A stretch of 64,000 nt of DNA from Felis catus (lineage: Eukaryota). The notes below the pieces were generated by a model. That model did no database searches and was not told the origin of the DNA. It saw only the letters and a list, made by a program, of their open reading frames with translations. Every line of letters begins with the position of its first letter. Position 1 is the first letter of the stretch. Positions 51,484 through 60,198 of the stretch are shown piece after piece. The DNA lies in the NCBI RefSeq assembly GCF_018350175.1, contig NC_058368.1:51399815-51463814 (forward strand), in the 5' to 3' direction. The position numbers were made by a program, and so were the translations under genes.

Positions 51484-54251
51484 ATAAACTTTACAAAATA
51501 TCAATGATTGCTGACCTACAAAAAAACAAAAAGCAAAGAAAACCCTGACAAGTAAGATCTACACAATAATCAAGTGCAATTTAACTTTTAAAATTCAAAT
51601 AGAAGGGACGACTGTGTGGCTCAGTCAGTTAAGTGTCTGACTTCAGCTCAGGTCATGACCTCATGGTTTGGGAGTTCGAGACCCGAGTCAGGCTCTGTGC
51701 TGACAGCTCAGAGCCTGGAGCCTGCTTCAGATTCTGTGTCTCCCTCTCTCTCTCTGCCCCTCTCCTACTCACTCTCTGTCTCTGTCTCTCTCAAAAATAA
51801 ATAAACGTTAAAAAAAAATTCAAATAGAAAATTAAATTGCATCAAAATGATACTTTAACAACAAATAAAAACTGTCTTAATTATGTGAAAGAGCAGTGGG
51901 AGAGGAAAAAAACTCAGTGAAAAGAAGGAAAGCAACAGCCACACATGTAGGCAAGAAGAACAAGAGAGGAACAATTGCAAAGAAAAGGAAGGAACTGATG
52001 TAGAAGAGTAGCATCTGGAGCAGAAGGGTCAAAAGGAAAAGAAAAATGCTAACGTTTCTCACCTGCCCTTAAATTCTCATCTCCTCAAGTCCTACAGGCC
52101 TCGTTTCTTCTGTGTCGGTCCTTCATGTCATGCAAATGGCTGCCAAAAACATCACCTAGAAGTTTCATTCCTCACCCACGCCCTAACCCACAGCATTTTG
52201 AATGCCTCTGCATAAAGGCATCTCAAAACTTCTTCCCCTCTCATTCGTCACATGGTCTCACTGACTTTCCAGAAGTTTATTTCCTTGGACATAAAGTATT
52301 TATTAATAAATTGAGGAGTTCCTCGAAAAGCAACTCAAATTCATTTGCACCTACACAATTTCTTGTTTTCACCTAACCTGATACTTACAACTATACCTAT
52401 TATTTACTCACACACTTGTATTTGACATTTGTTAACTCACTGCATCTTCACTACAACCCTGTGAGGTATATATTATCTCCATTTCATAGATGACAAAATG
52501 GAGGCACAGATAAGTCAAATAACTTCCCCAGCATTACACAGTTATTTTTAAGGGTGAGTATTTGAACGCAGGCAGTTTGACTCCACTGCCCAGGTTCTTA
52601 ATCACTATACCCTGTTTCCTGATGTGTCAGTACTTGATGGAAAACTCTTTACCTAGAGGAGCTTACACAGAAAAGATAAGCTTATTTGTTTTAAGAAGAA
52701 GAAAGGAACCAATAGAGAAGTTACACTTAAGGACACTGGAGAGAAAGGGGCTAAAGAAAGAAGAGTCCCAAGAAGAACACTTAAAGATGGTTGACTAAAA
52801 GGCTGAAGAAGTTCACAAAACTTCTCTTACTCTATAAAACAGGAAGCAAGCCATCTGCTGAGAATAAGGTGAGAAGAATGTGAGAGTACTGATTAAGGGC
52901 TGTGGTGCACTTAGGAATAGCCACCGTGAAATATGGCAAAATATTTGCATGATATTTGCATGATAGCTCTTGTGTGTATGTACAAAAGTTTTTAAGGCAT
53001 AGCTTTAAGGTATCAGTTTAGTAAAAATATTGGCATGATAGCTCCTGTGTGTATGTATAAAAAAGTTTTTAAGGCACAGCTTTAAGGTATCAGTTTAGTA
53101 AAAAGGCAACACACTGAACCATTTATGATAAAGGAAATCATTTAAAAATGTTTACATTTAGAAAAAGGCAATATACATATAAATCATTTATGATAGATAC
53201 CCCTTTAAAAATATGTCTATATTGTCACTATTCTTTTGTTAGAAATACTAACTATACCTACAATGTAGAAAAAATACCATATATACAATAACATTACAGT
53301 CTTGAAATACACTAACACTTAAATAGAAGAGAGTACCTTAAGAATAGTTTGTTCTACTATAGTACATGCGTCTTTAACACCAATTAGCTTACATGTCTCT
53401 GGTAAATAAGGGAGTGATATCAGAACAATGTAGAAGTTTTGTTGCTTCATATGTAATTTTTTCCTAGGCAAGGAGAGCCAAAATAGCAAGAGAACAATCA
53501 TAACCTAAGGAAGAAAAGGCAAAAAGCTCTCAACTCAGCAGCTGCACAGCCAGGAGCCCTCCTAGTTCTATTTGAAGAAAAATAAAAATGCATACCAGAA
53601 CCCAAGGCTCCCTCCCCAGAAGGAAGCACCCCCAGCTTACTATGGCTCTTGGCTGGTGGTAGTTTGCAGTTCTGCTTACGCCCACCTTAATGGCAGCCCA
53701 CTGGCTCAGAGCTCCACTTCTAGCTGCAATGGCTCAGTGCTTACAAGCCTCCATTTCCACTCTACCGTTTTTGTACATTTTTAAAAGCCCCTGATCTTTC
53801 TTCCTGGGCTGTCAAGTATTCTCCACTGGGTTACCAATTATTGATTTTGTTAGCACTCCAGTTATAAAGATGCATAGAGTTTTCCTGGTCTGCCCCAAAC
53901 CTATTTTTACCCACCAGCCCTATTAATTTTGAGTGCACAATTTTATTAAAAAACAAGGTATTTTAGCAATGTAAATATATGTACTATAGCCCAAACACCT
54001 GTGGTTATCCATCCAAGTGGAATTTAGTGACTTACCTTTGGAAGCTTGATAGGGGGCTCTTTGGATTCCTCCTCTTCATCACTATCTGATTCTCCACTCT
54101 GCACAGAGTTCTTAGATGCAGCTGCCAATGATGTTTCCTTTTTCTGCCATTCCAGAACGCAATGGCGTACATTGCAATAAATATTGAAAGCAGAAGGATT
54201 GCTATGTAATTTGATATCTGGTATGATTACCGTATTCTCCAAGTTTTCAGA
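3319..54251 (-). CDS. MYCBP2: MYCBP2 (PAM/PHR1 E3 ubiquitin ligase), partial multi-exon CDS: 16 exons (3-18), 2359 nt; gene continues beyond both ends of the window
   Basis: The spliced exons give one continuous ORF ([22 protein letters not shown]...[15 protein letters not shown]) matching the MYCBP2 N-terminal and RCC1-like region as I recall it. All introns are GT-AG and the phases are mutually consistent. Confidence 0.98.
4023..4059. repeat. (TG)n microsatellite
   Basis: Read directly. Confidence 0.95.
6560..6800 (-). mobile_element. MIR relic
   Basis: atcatttaatcttcat...ctcattttaaaggtaaggaagtgaaggttcagag, resembling the reverse MIR core. Confidence 0.65.
7430..7660 (-). mobile_element. 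Carnivore/felid SINE (SINEC_Fc2-like), full length
   Basis: Reverse complement of ggggcgcctggttggctcagtcggttaagc head; target-site duplication (TSD) tgagccaagtttt at 7417-7429 and 7661-7673. Confidence 0.95.
8050..8225. mobile_element. MER5A-like hAT-Charlie DNA transposon relic
   Basis: cagttctcacactt...tttctgattcagtaggtctg...ccactttgagaaccactg, typical MER5 termini and core. Confidence 0.8.
8700..8891 (-). mobile_element. Carnivore SINE
   Basis: SINEC body; near-perfect TSD tgaagt(t/c)tgactttt. Confidence 0.92.
9477..9700 (+). mobile_element. Carnivore SINE
   Basis: ggggcacctgggtggctcagttggttaag head, (CT)n linker, A-rich tail. Confidence 0.95.
10774..10845 (-). CDS. MYCBP2: Candidate alternative cassette exon of MYCBP2 (72 nt, phase 1-1): [24 protein letters not shown]
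   Basis: Acceptor tttctgttttcttag|TT, donor TAT|gtatgt; length is a multiple of 3 and stop-free in the frame inherited from exon 17; non-repeat sequence. Confidence 0.55.
11148..11249 (-). CDS. MYCBP2: MYCBP2 exon 17 (102 nt, phase 1-1): (A)[33 protein letters not shown]
   Basis: Acceptor aatcatctag|CT, donor GAG|gtaaga; ORF 11089..11295(-). Confidence 0.96.
11584..11729 (-). CDS. MYCBP2: MYCBP2 exon 16 (146 nt): (G)[48 protein letters not shown]
   Basis: Acceptor tttttttaaag|G, donor TAG|gtaatt; overlaps ORF 11453..11692(-). Confidence 0.96.
11925..12152 (+). mobile_element. Carnivore SINE
   Basis: tRNA-derived head, (CT)n, poly-A tail. Confidence 0.95.
14250..14454 (-). CDS. MYCBP2: MYCBP2 exon 15 (205 nt): (G)[17 protein letters not shown]...[28 protein letters not shown]
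   Basis: Acceptor gtcgtgtag|GG, donor AGG|gtaaga; ORF 14246..14515(-). Confidence 0.97.
15286..15486 (-). mobile_element. Felid SINE
   Basis: SINEC_Fc-type body gaagcaggctccaggctct..ctgtcagcacagagcc. Confidence 0.93.
15545..15742. mobile_element. MER58-like hAT-Charlie DNA transposon relic
   Basis: cagcaaactttt..tgtaaagggcca...ggtttgcagacctctg termini. Confidence 0.75.
16310..17830 (+). mobile_element. Old L1 (L1M-type) fragments, ORF2 3' part and 3' UTR
   Basis: Degenerate L1 3' text: ccaaaactagaaaccacccaaatgtccatt, aaactgtggtat, atgaatctcataaac. Confidence 0.7.
18944..19141 (+). mobile_element. Carnivore SINE
   Basis: SINEC head and tail; TSD aaact(g/a)aaaatgtgt. Confidence 0.92.
19271..19410 (+). 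mobile_element. Short, older tRNA-derived carnivore SINE
   Basis: ggggagcctggctggctcagttggaagagcat..actcttgatctcagggtcatgag..caagccccatgctgggtgcagagattact. Confidence 0.85.
19638..19796 (-). CDS. MYCBP2: MYCBP2 exon 14 (159 nt), RCC1 repeat: (S)[52 protein letters not shown]
   Basis: Acceptor ctttcctacag|GT, donor AAG|gtaggt; RCC1-type motif VxxGxxHTxxLxxxGxVxTFGxNxxGQxG. Confidence 0.97.
20740..20985 (-). mobile_element. MIR relic
   Basis: atgtgctaggctctgtgcttagcatttc...taatcttataataaccatatgaaacaggtactg. Confidence 0.7.
22074..22238 (-). CDS. MYCBP2: MYCBP2 exon 13 (165 nt): (T)[54 protein letters not shown]
   Basis: Acceptor attttttaag|CT, donor CAA|gtaagt; translated by hand. Confidence 0.95.
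22529..22594. repeat. Compound (TA)n(TG)n(TA)n microsatellite
   Basis: Read directly. Confidence 0.95.
23720..23924 (-). CDS. MYCBP2: MYCBP2 exon 12 (205 nt), RCC1-like repeat: [11 protein letters not shown]...[10 protein letters not shown]
   Basis: Acceptor poly-T..gatatataag|ATA, donor CAA|gtaagt; ORF 23688..23936(-). Confidence 0.96.
24341..24522 (-). mobile_element. Felid SINE with a short internal deletion
   Basis: Lacks the ctgagctgtcagcacagagccc block; TSD ctagt(a/c)att(t/g)taattttc at 24323-24340 and 24523-24540. Confidence 0.92.
25013..25089 (-). CDS. MYCBP2: MYCBP2 exon 11 (77 nt): (S)[25 protein letters not shown]
   Basis: Acceptor tattatcag|GC, donor AAG|gtaaat. Confidence 0.95.
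25209..25279 (+). mobile_element. Extremely 5'-truncated L1 3' end (about 70 bp)
   Basis: tgaaactaatgtaacattgtgtgtcaactacacttcaattaaaaaaaa flanked by perfect TSD aaaaacaaggatgac. Confidence 0.85.
26633..26771 (-). CDS. MYCBP2: MYCBP2 exon 10 (139 nt): [46 protein letters not shown]
   Basis: Acceptor ttcttttag|GAT, donor TAA|gtaaga. Confidence 0.95.
26905..26978 (-). CDS. MYCBP2: MYCBP2 exon 9 (74 nt): (D)[24 protein letters not shown]
   Basis: Acceptor cttgtacag|AT, donor GAT|gtaagt. Confidence 0.95.
27534..27680 (-). mobile_element. Short carnivore SINE whose tail region is a long (TG)n/(CA)n microsatellite
   Basis: Reverse SINE head ..ctgactgagccagccaggtgccc; flanks share agcatgctat; (TG)n at about 27533-27582. 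Confidence 0.85.
30899..30995 (-). CDS. MYCBP2: MYCBP2 exon 8 (97 nt): [32 protein letters not shown]
   Basis: Acceptor ttgtttacag|GGT, donor CAG|gtatgt. Confidence 0.95.
32090..32245 (-). mobile_element. MIR relic
   Basis: gtccaaagtcacacagctagtaa MIR motif. Confidence 0.6.
32384..32455 (-). CDS. MYCBP2: MYCBP2 exon 7 (72 nt): [24 protein letters not shown]
   Basis: Acceptor tactttgcag|GGC, donor CAG|gtagga. Confidence 0.95.
32655..32897 (-). CDS. MYCBP2: MYCBP2 exon 6 (243 nt): [11 protein letters not shown]...[11 protein letters not shown]
   Basis: Acceptor ttttaaatag|GTG, donor AGG|gtaatg; ORF 32646..32897(-). Confidence 0.97.
33650..33957. mobile_element. MER33/MER3-like hAT-Charlie DNA transposon relic
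   Basis: Inverted termini gcactgtccaat ... actggacagcac; internal tagccacatg and aatgtggcta. Confidence 0.8.
35351..38060. mobile_element. Carnivore L1 with 5' inversion: minus-strand 3' UTR/ORF2 end (about 35351-36537) joined to a plus-strand ORF2 RT segment (about 36538-38060); decayed
   Basis: ORF2 peptides on both strands ([14 protein letters not shown] on +, ORF 36070..36330 on -); T-rich tail at left; flanking TSD tggttgta(tg/ca)ctt. Confidence 0.9.
35780..35997 (-). mobile_element. Carnivore SINE nested in the L1
   Basis: Interrupts L1 text ...ttcattctt[SINE]ttattcttcttgatggctgagtaatattcc. Confidence 0.92.
38791..38858 (+). mobile_element. Young SINEC_Fc, 5' fragment only (3'-truncated)
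   Basis: CpG-intact head ggggcacctgggtggcgcagtcggttaagcgtccgacttcagccaggtcacgatctcgcggtccgtga that stops abruptly. Confidence 0.92.
39263..39477 (+). mobile_element. Young full-length felid SINEC_Fc
   Basis: CpG-rich body; perfect TSD caaaaaaagatttt at 39249-39262 and 39478-39491. Confidence 0.97.
39736..39997 (+). mobile_element. Felid SINE with expanded (CT)n
   Basis: SINEC head, long CT tract, A tail. Confidence 0.95.
41389..41585 (-). CDS. MYCBP2: MYCBP2 exon 5 (197 nt): (E)[15 protein letters not shown]...[11 protein letters not shown]
   Basis: Acceptor ttttattcacag|AG, donor CAG|gtattt; overlaps ORF 41374..41565(-). Confidence 0.96.
42975..43605. mobile_element. L2 relics
   Basis: actcagcaaatattcactgaa; tcatccttcaaatctc..aatgtcacatcttcaaggaggcct. 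Confidence 0.55.
44797..44945. mobile_element. MER5A1-like DNA transposon relic
   Basis: aaatgcaaattcttgggcccca..ctactgaatcagaaactctg.gggtagggccc. Confidence 0.75.
45646..45799 (-). CDS. MYCBP2: MYCBP2 exon 4 (154 nt): [51 protein letters not shown]
   Basis: Acceptor ttaaacag|ATC, donor TAG|gtgaga; translated by hand, not in the ORF track. Confidence 0.96.
45826..45854. repeat. (TA)n microsatellite just upstream of the exon 4 acceptor
   Basis: Read directly. Confidence 0.9.
46063..46216 (-). mobile_element. Carnivore SINE (internally deleted)
   Basis: Reverse head ..ccgactgagccatctaggcgccc; TSD tggca(c/g)tatttta. Confidence 0.9.
48159..48194. repeat. (TA)n microsatellite
   Basis: Read directly. 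Confidence 0.95.
48808..49065 (+). mobile_element. 5'-truncated L1 3' UTR (L1MA-like/L1_Carn)
   Basis: gtacaaacttccagttataa..aataatattgtaa..tacacctgaaac; perfect TSD taaaaagtcctaga at 48794-48807 and 49066-49079. Confidence 0.88.
49459..49672 (-). mobile_element. Felid SINE
   Basis: SINEC_Fc body; TSD aaactaacaattttt. Confidence 0.95.
49690..50560. mobile_element. L2 relic
   Basis: cacaggtacctcaaactca; gcaatagctgcctaattgatccc; ttcttgagggtagggaccgtgtct. Confidence 0.65.
50709..50950 (+). mobile_element. Carnivore SINE with long (CT)n and A tail
   Basis: TSD-like aaaa(t/c)tatg(c/t)agttata. Confidence 0.92.
51093..51304 (-). mobile_element. Felid SINE
   Basis: SINEC_Fc body, reverse orientation. 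Confidence 0.94.
51338..51494 (+). mobile_element. Carnivore SINE (internally deleted)
   Basis: Head plus (CT)n; TSD aaaatatcaatga(c/t)tg. Confidence 0.9.
51605..51815 (+). mobile_element. Felid SINE
   Basis: SINEC_Fc2-like body; TSD aaaattcaaatagaa. Confidence 0.95.
52385..52612 (-). mobile_element. MIR relic
   Basis: cactacaaccctgtgaggta.tattatctccatttcatagatga..gaggcacaga. Confidence 0.8.
52941..53104. repeat. Tandem duplication of about 76 bp, preceded by an 11-bp tandem duplication
   Basis: Two copies of gcatgatagctc(t/c)tgtgtgtatgta..aaaagtttttaaggca(t/c)agctttaaggtatcagtttagtaaaaa. Confidence 0.95.
54036..54251 (-). CDS. MYCBP2: MYCBP2 exon 3 (216 nt, phase 0-0): [14 protein letters not shown]...[12 protein letters not shown]
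   Basis: Acceptor ctatttcag|TCT, donor AAG|gtaagt; inside ORF 54024..54383(-). Confidence 0.97.
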
Positions 54252-54769
54252 CTGAAATAGAAGATATAATATTTCAATTCTATATTCCTTCGCATCATCA
54301 CCAATTCTCATTTTATATAAAAGATTAAAGATTAGAAATGCTGGATAACTTGTATAAGTCAAATAAGTGACATAGCAAGACAATCCAAGTCTACTGATTC
54401 AACTTATAGTAAGTACCCTTTCTTCTACACTTTACTAAGTAACACAGCAATAACCCAACTGACAAGGGCTGGAGAGTGGCAAAGAGACTAATAGGAATAC
54501 CTTTTTATTCCATGATAGGAATAAAACCAACAAAGTTTAACTGTTGAGTATCACAGAATATTAATTTTGTGCTCTTCTAAGGAACATCAGATGTATTTGA
54601 GTCTCGATGACCTAGTACAAACGTTGAATTACATTTTGATAGCTTTAAAAGTACATTTAGGGACTTAAACAGAAATCAGAACTAAAAACCAAACAAACTT
54701 TAATTTTAGTCAATTCTTCCAACTTCATTCTAATTTAAATAGTAGTAATGTTAAGAAATTAGATTTCTG

Positions 54770-54988
54770 GGGGTGCCTGGGTGGCTTAGTCAGTAAGCGT
54801 CCAACTTCCGCTCAGGTCATGATCTCACAGTTCGTGAGTTTGAGCCTCGCATCAGGCTCTGTGCTGACAGCTCAGAGCCTGGAGCCTGCTTCAGATTCTG
54901 TGTCTCCCTCTCTCTCTCTTCCTCCCCCACTCACACTCTGTCTCTCTCTCTCAAAAATAAATAAACATTAAAAAAAGAAAAAAAAGAA
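54770..54988 (+). mobile_element. Felid SINE
   Basis: Perfect 17-bp TSD aagaaattagatttctg at 54753-54769 and 54989-55005. Confidence 0.96.
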
Positions 54989-56040
54989 AAGAAATTAGAT
55001 TTCTGTAGATTATGGGTATATGCTTTCCTGAAGATCTCCTAGCTATCAATCTTGATAAATAATAAAAATCACATGCTTGGTAATTTGTTAGAACTCAGTC
55101 AGTTTCTGTTCTGACCCAGCATTTTAGTCAGCAAGCCACAATCACACTTTTGAGAACAACATTTACACTATAAATATACAGAACTGGTTTAAGATATTCT
55201 ATTTATGCAAGTTCCAAAAATTGGAGTATGTCCAGGAAGTATCCAAGATAAATAAGATGACACCTCAAATACCAAAAACACTTGGTTTCAAAATTCTATC
55301 CTTCTTCCATAAATAATTAGGGAAAAAGTGGAATACTCCTTGTTAGAAAAAATATGTACTGAAGTTAATTGTTAAATAATGTGTAAGTATGTATCCCAGA
55401 CACACTAAAAACAAGCAATTATTAGCAATCCAAATCTAAGAACATATGAAAAAGGTAATGCATGATGATCAACCAAAAAACCAGCTGGTAACAACACTGG
55501 AAAAGTAATTAGTAATTCCTCATACTAACAAAAATAAGAAGAGAAGAAAACAGACGATATCCTAAATAAACATGGAAAAAGCATCTGACACAAATCAAAC
55601 ACCTATTCATGATAAAAAGTGTATGTAAACTAGGAATAAAAGAAAATTTCTAAAAATGGATAAAGGGTATCTATGAAATACCCACCGCTAACATAGTAAG
55701 ACTAAATTCCTGTACCCTAAGATGCAAACAAGAAAAAGATATCTATTCTCAGCAATATGATTCAACATTATACTAGATATGCTAGTATGATAAGCCAAGA
55801 AATAGAAATACAAATTATAGTTAGAAAGGAAAATATCTACTAGAAAACAAACGTCTTCATTTCCAGAAGGCATGGAGAGATTCTTAAGACATCTGCAAAA
55901 AAAGTCACTAGAAACAATGTGTGGATTTAGCAAAGTCACAGGATACCAGATCAATATTTTAAATAAGAAAGAGTTAATGTATCTACACACTAGGAGTGAA
56001 CAACTGGAATATGTAATTAAAAAAAAATAATAGCATTAAA

Positions 56041-57140
56041 GTTACAGACTGGGAGAAAGTATCTGCAAAACATATACCTGACAAAAGTCTATCATGCAGA
56101 ATATATAAAGAATTTTCAAAACTCAACAGTAAAAACCAAACAAATAAGCCATTCAATTTAGAAAACGGGCAAAAGACATGAACAGGCATGTCACCAAAGA
56201 AGATTCACAGAAGGCAAACAAGTTCACTATAGTGACCCATTAGGAAAATGCAAATTAAAACAAAATGAGAAAATGTACAAACCTATCAAACTGGCTAGAA
56301 TAAAAAATAATGACATCAAATGCTAGTGAAGATGTGGAGAAACTTAATCTCTTATACATTGTTAATCGGAAAATAAAATGATACAGCCACTCTGGAAAAA
56401 TGTATGGCAGTTTCCCACAAAATTAAATATGTATTTACAGTACAATCCAGCAATTGCATTGTTGGGCATTTATACCAAAGAAATAAAAACTTATGTTCAT
56501 TCAAAAACCAGCATGTGAATATTCATACCAGTTTTATTCAAAATAACCCAAAACAAGAAACACAGATGTCCTTTAATGGGTGAATGGTTACACAAACTAT
56601 GATGTAATCTTTACCATGGAATACTAACTCAGCAATAAAAAGGTACAAACATGATATATGCAAAGACTTGCATAAATGTCAAGGGAATTATGCTGAGTGA
56701 CAACAGCCAGTTCCTATGATTAAATTTATATATCATTCTTTAAATGACAAAATTATAGAAACAGAGAACAGATTGGTGATTGTCAGAGGTTAGGGAGAGG
56801 GTGAGTGCAGGGGAATGTCTGCGGCTATATAGGAGTAGCAAAAACAATCCTTGTGATGGAACTCTTCTATATATTGACTGTGGTAATGGTCCACAGATCC
56901 ACACATGTGATAAAATTGCATAGAACTAAATATATATACACATACACAAATAAGTACATGTAAAACTGGTGAAATCTGAATAAGATCAGTAGGTTGGATC
57001 AGTATTGATTTCCTGGTTCTGATATTTACTATACTTATGTAATACCTTAGCAATTTGAGAAAATGAGTGATGGGTATACAGGATCTCTGTATTACTTTTT
57101 ACAACTGCATTATTATAATCATCTCAAAATTAAAAAAAAA
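56041..57140 (+). mobile_element. L1MC-like 3' end nested in the older L1
   Basis: atccttgtgatggaact..catgtgataaaattgcatagaactaaa..atctcaaaattaaaaaaaaa; flanks share aataa(t/c)agca. Confidence 0.75.
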
Positions 57141-57784
57141 TGAAATAACAGCAGTTAAATTTAATAAAATTATGTGCAAGCTCTGTACACTGAAAACCAA
57201 AATAACACTGCTGGGAGTAATTAAAAAAAACGTAAGTAAAGAGAATAGAGATAAACTATATTCATTAATAGAAGATTCGGTATCATTAAAATGGCAACTC
57301 TTCCTCAAATCCACAAATTCAATACAACCTCAATAAAAATTCCAGAGACTTTTAAACACAGAATTGACAAGCTGATTCTAAAATTTAAACAGAAATATAA
57401 AAGACCTAAAGTAACTAAAGCAACTTTTTAAAAAGACTGAAGTTGGAAGACATATGACCAGAATTCAAAACTACTGTAAAGAAGACAGTATGGTATTGGT
57501 ATAAAGACAGATATTTAGATCAAGTAAACAAAAAAAATTGCAGAAATAGGTTCAAACAAAAATGGTCAACTGAATCTTTACAAAGATACCAAGACAATTA
57601 ATAGAAAAAGATAAGTTTTTTTAAAACTGATGCCAATTAACTGAATACCAATACAAGAAAAAAATGAACATCAACCTTATTTCATACCATACACAAAAAT
57701 TAACTTGAAATGTATCACAAACCTAAGTATAGCATCTAAAACTATAAAATCTCTATAAAAAAATATAGAAAAAAATCTATGTGG

Positions 57785-57999
57785 CGGCACATGGGTGGCG
57801 TAGTCAGTTAAGTGTCTGGCTCTTGATTTCGGCTCAGGTCATGATCTCACTGTTTGAGTTTGAGACCCACATCAGGCTCTGTGCTGACAGTGCAGACCCT
57901 GCTTGGGATTCTCTGTCTCTCCCTCTCTCTCTGTCCCTCCCCTGCTTGCCCAAACATCCTCTCTCAAAATAAATAAATAAACTAAAAACAAAACAAAAC
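57785..57999 (+). mobile_element. Carnivore SINE nested in old L1
   Basis: TSD aaaatctatgtg. Confidence 0.92.
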
Positions 58000-58229
58000 A
58001 AAATCTATGTGACCTTGGGACAAAGATTTCTTAGAATACAAAATACATGAATCATATATATATAAATCAATACATGTATAAAACTTCAAATCTTTTGTTC
58101 TTCTAAAGCACTATATAAAAAAAAAGAGAAGCAAGCCACAGAACAGGACGAATTGTTTGTGATACAGATATCTGACAAAGGACTTGTATCTAGAATACAT
58201 GAAGAACTCTGACAATTCCATAATAAGAC

Positions 58230-58285
58230 AGGAAGAAAGGAAGGAAGGAAGGAAGGAAGGAAGGAAGGAAGGAAGGAAGGAAGGA

Positions 58286-58369
<84 letters not shown>

Positions 58370-58400
58370 AAAAAAGAAAGAAAGAAAGAAAGAAAGAAAA
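58230..58400. repeat. (GGAA)n(GAAA)n compound tetranucleotide microsatellite
   Basis: Read directly. Confidence 0.97.
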
Positions 58401-58410
58401 AGGAGGCAAC

Positions 58411-58617
58411 GGGGAGCCTGGTTGGCTTAGTTGGTTAAACGTCTGACCCTTGATTTCAGCTCAGGTCATGATCTCATGCTTCATGAGACAGAGCCCTGTG
58501 TCAGGCTCTGCGCTGATGACATACAAAACTGTTTAGGATTCTCTGTCTCCCGCTCTCTGCCCATCCCCTTGCTCATTCTCTTTCTCTCAGAATAAATAAA
58601 CTTAAAAAAAAAAAAAG
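58411..58617 (+). mobile_element. Carnivore SINE
   Basis: ggggagcctggttggcttagttggttaaac head, A tail. Confidence 0.92.
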
Positions 58618-58929
58618 ATGGAAGATATGAAAGACATTTCACAATAAAAGGATATGAATAGCCAAAAGCATATGAAAAGATGTTCACATCATTAGTCATT
58701 AGAAAAAAGCAAGCTAAAACCACAGTGAAATACCCCTATATACTTAGAATGACTAAAATTTTAAAAGCCTAACAGTACCATGCATTTGCAAAGATGTAAG
58801 ACAAGTGGATTTCTCATATACTGCTGGTGGAAGAATAAAATGCAACAATCATTTTGAAAAACAGTTTGAACAGTTTTTTAACAGGTTAAACATTCATCTA
58901 CCATGCCACCCACAAGGAAAGAGTTTACA

Positions 58930-59450
58930 ATGCAGGTATGATTAATTAGTCCTTGTATTTTCCCAAGGGAACCAGGACTGATTGTTGGCCAATCCTTAGG
59001 AATGTGGTCTTTAGAGTTTTCTTTATGTTGGTTATTGATGATTTTGTAATATACAGTAGAGCAATGGACTTTGCCTACTGGCTTGTCTAACTGCTTTGCA
59101 CAAATATCAAGACTGATGATGTATGCCTGAGTTTCATGTACCATGGCTGGCTGCACAGCAGGACATGTCTATGTGTGAACCAGATCCCCCATAAAAGTCT
59201 CAGATCCTAAGACTGGAATGGGGTTCCCTGGGCAGAAACATTCCGTACATATCCTTATAGTTCACTGCCATAAAGAAAGCATGCCCTATGTGCTCAGACA
59301 AGGGAGGACTAGAAAACCTATGCCTTAAGTCCCTATATACCACTAATACATTTCTCTTTGCTGCTACCTATCTCTACCTTTGGTTGTAATAAATCTTAAC
59401 CATTAGTATAAGCTGCTTTTGATACTTATGAGTCTTCTGGCAAATCATAG
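58930..59450 (+). mobile_element. Probable ERVL-class solo LTR (MER21/MER68/MER77-like)
   Basis: ccccataaaagtctcaga..gggttccctgggcagaaacatt..tgtaataaatcttaacc..tgagtcttct..aaatcat; interrupts the old L1. Confidence 0.6.
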
Positions 59451-60121
59451 AAGGAAACACCACCTACTCATTCTACTTCCAGGTATTTATCCCTCAAGAA
59501 ACCAAACCAAAACAAAACAAACAAAAACATATATCTGCACAAAGACTAGTACACAAATATTCAAAGCAGGTTCATTTGTGATAGCCAAAAACTGGAAACC
59601 TCAAACTTTCCATCAATAGGTGGAAAAAAAAAAAAAAGAATTAACTGTTAATATATACAACTACATGGCCACAACTCAAAATCATTATGCTGAGGGAAAG
59701 AAGCCAGATACAAAAGAGTACATACTACATGATCACATTTATATGAAATTCTATAAAGTAAAAATTAATTTATAATGACAAAGTATATTCATGGTTGCCT
59801 AGAGCCAAAGTGGTAGGGAGAGACAGAATGTAACAAAGGATAAGGAAATGCTTGAGGATGATGGAAATTTTCTAAACCTTGATTATATGTTTCAAAACTT
59901 GCTGAATTATACACATTAAATCCCTGTCTCAGGTTCTGCTATTAAATATCCCAACCTAAGACAGGCATGTTTGGTAGCAAAATGATGAGTAAGTTTCCTG
60001 TGTAATGGACTTAATTTCTTCTCTAAGAAAGCAAAGTCATTTGCTAGAGGGCGGTATTTATCATAAGTTGGAGGAGAGTGGCAAAGGTTTGAAACAGTCA
60101 TAGCAGAACTACTTGATCAAA

Positions 60122-60198
60122 AAGAAGAAGAAGAAGAAGAAGAAGAAGAAGAAGAAGAAGAAGAGGAGGAGGAGGAGGAAGACGACGACGACGACGAC
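60122..60198. repeat. Graded trinucleotide repeat (GAA)n(GAG)n(GAC)n
   Basis: Read directly. Confidence 0.95.

Larger units (their letters stand above)
55345..59915 (+). mobile_element. Old L1 (L1MD/ME-like) ORF2-3' UTR relic carrying nested insertions
   Basis: Degenerate ORF2 text (gaaaaagcatctgacacaaat, ttagcaaagtcacaggatac, gacaagctgattctaaaattt) resumes after each insertion. Confidence 0.75.

Noticed and set aside
58086..58438. 107-aa and 84-aa low-complexity ORFs
   Set aside because: Translations of the (GGAA)n(GAAA)n microsatellite.
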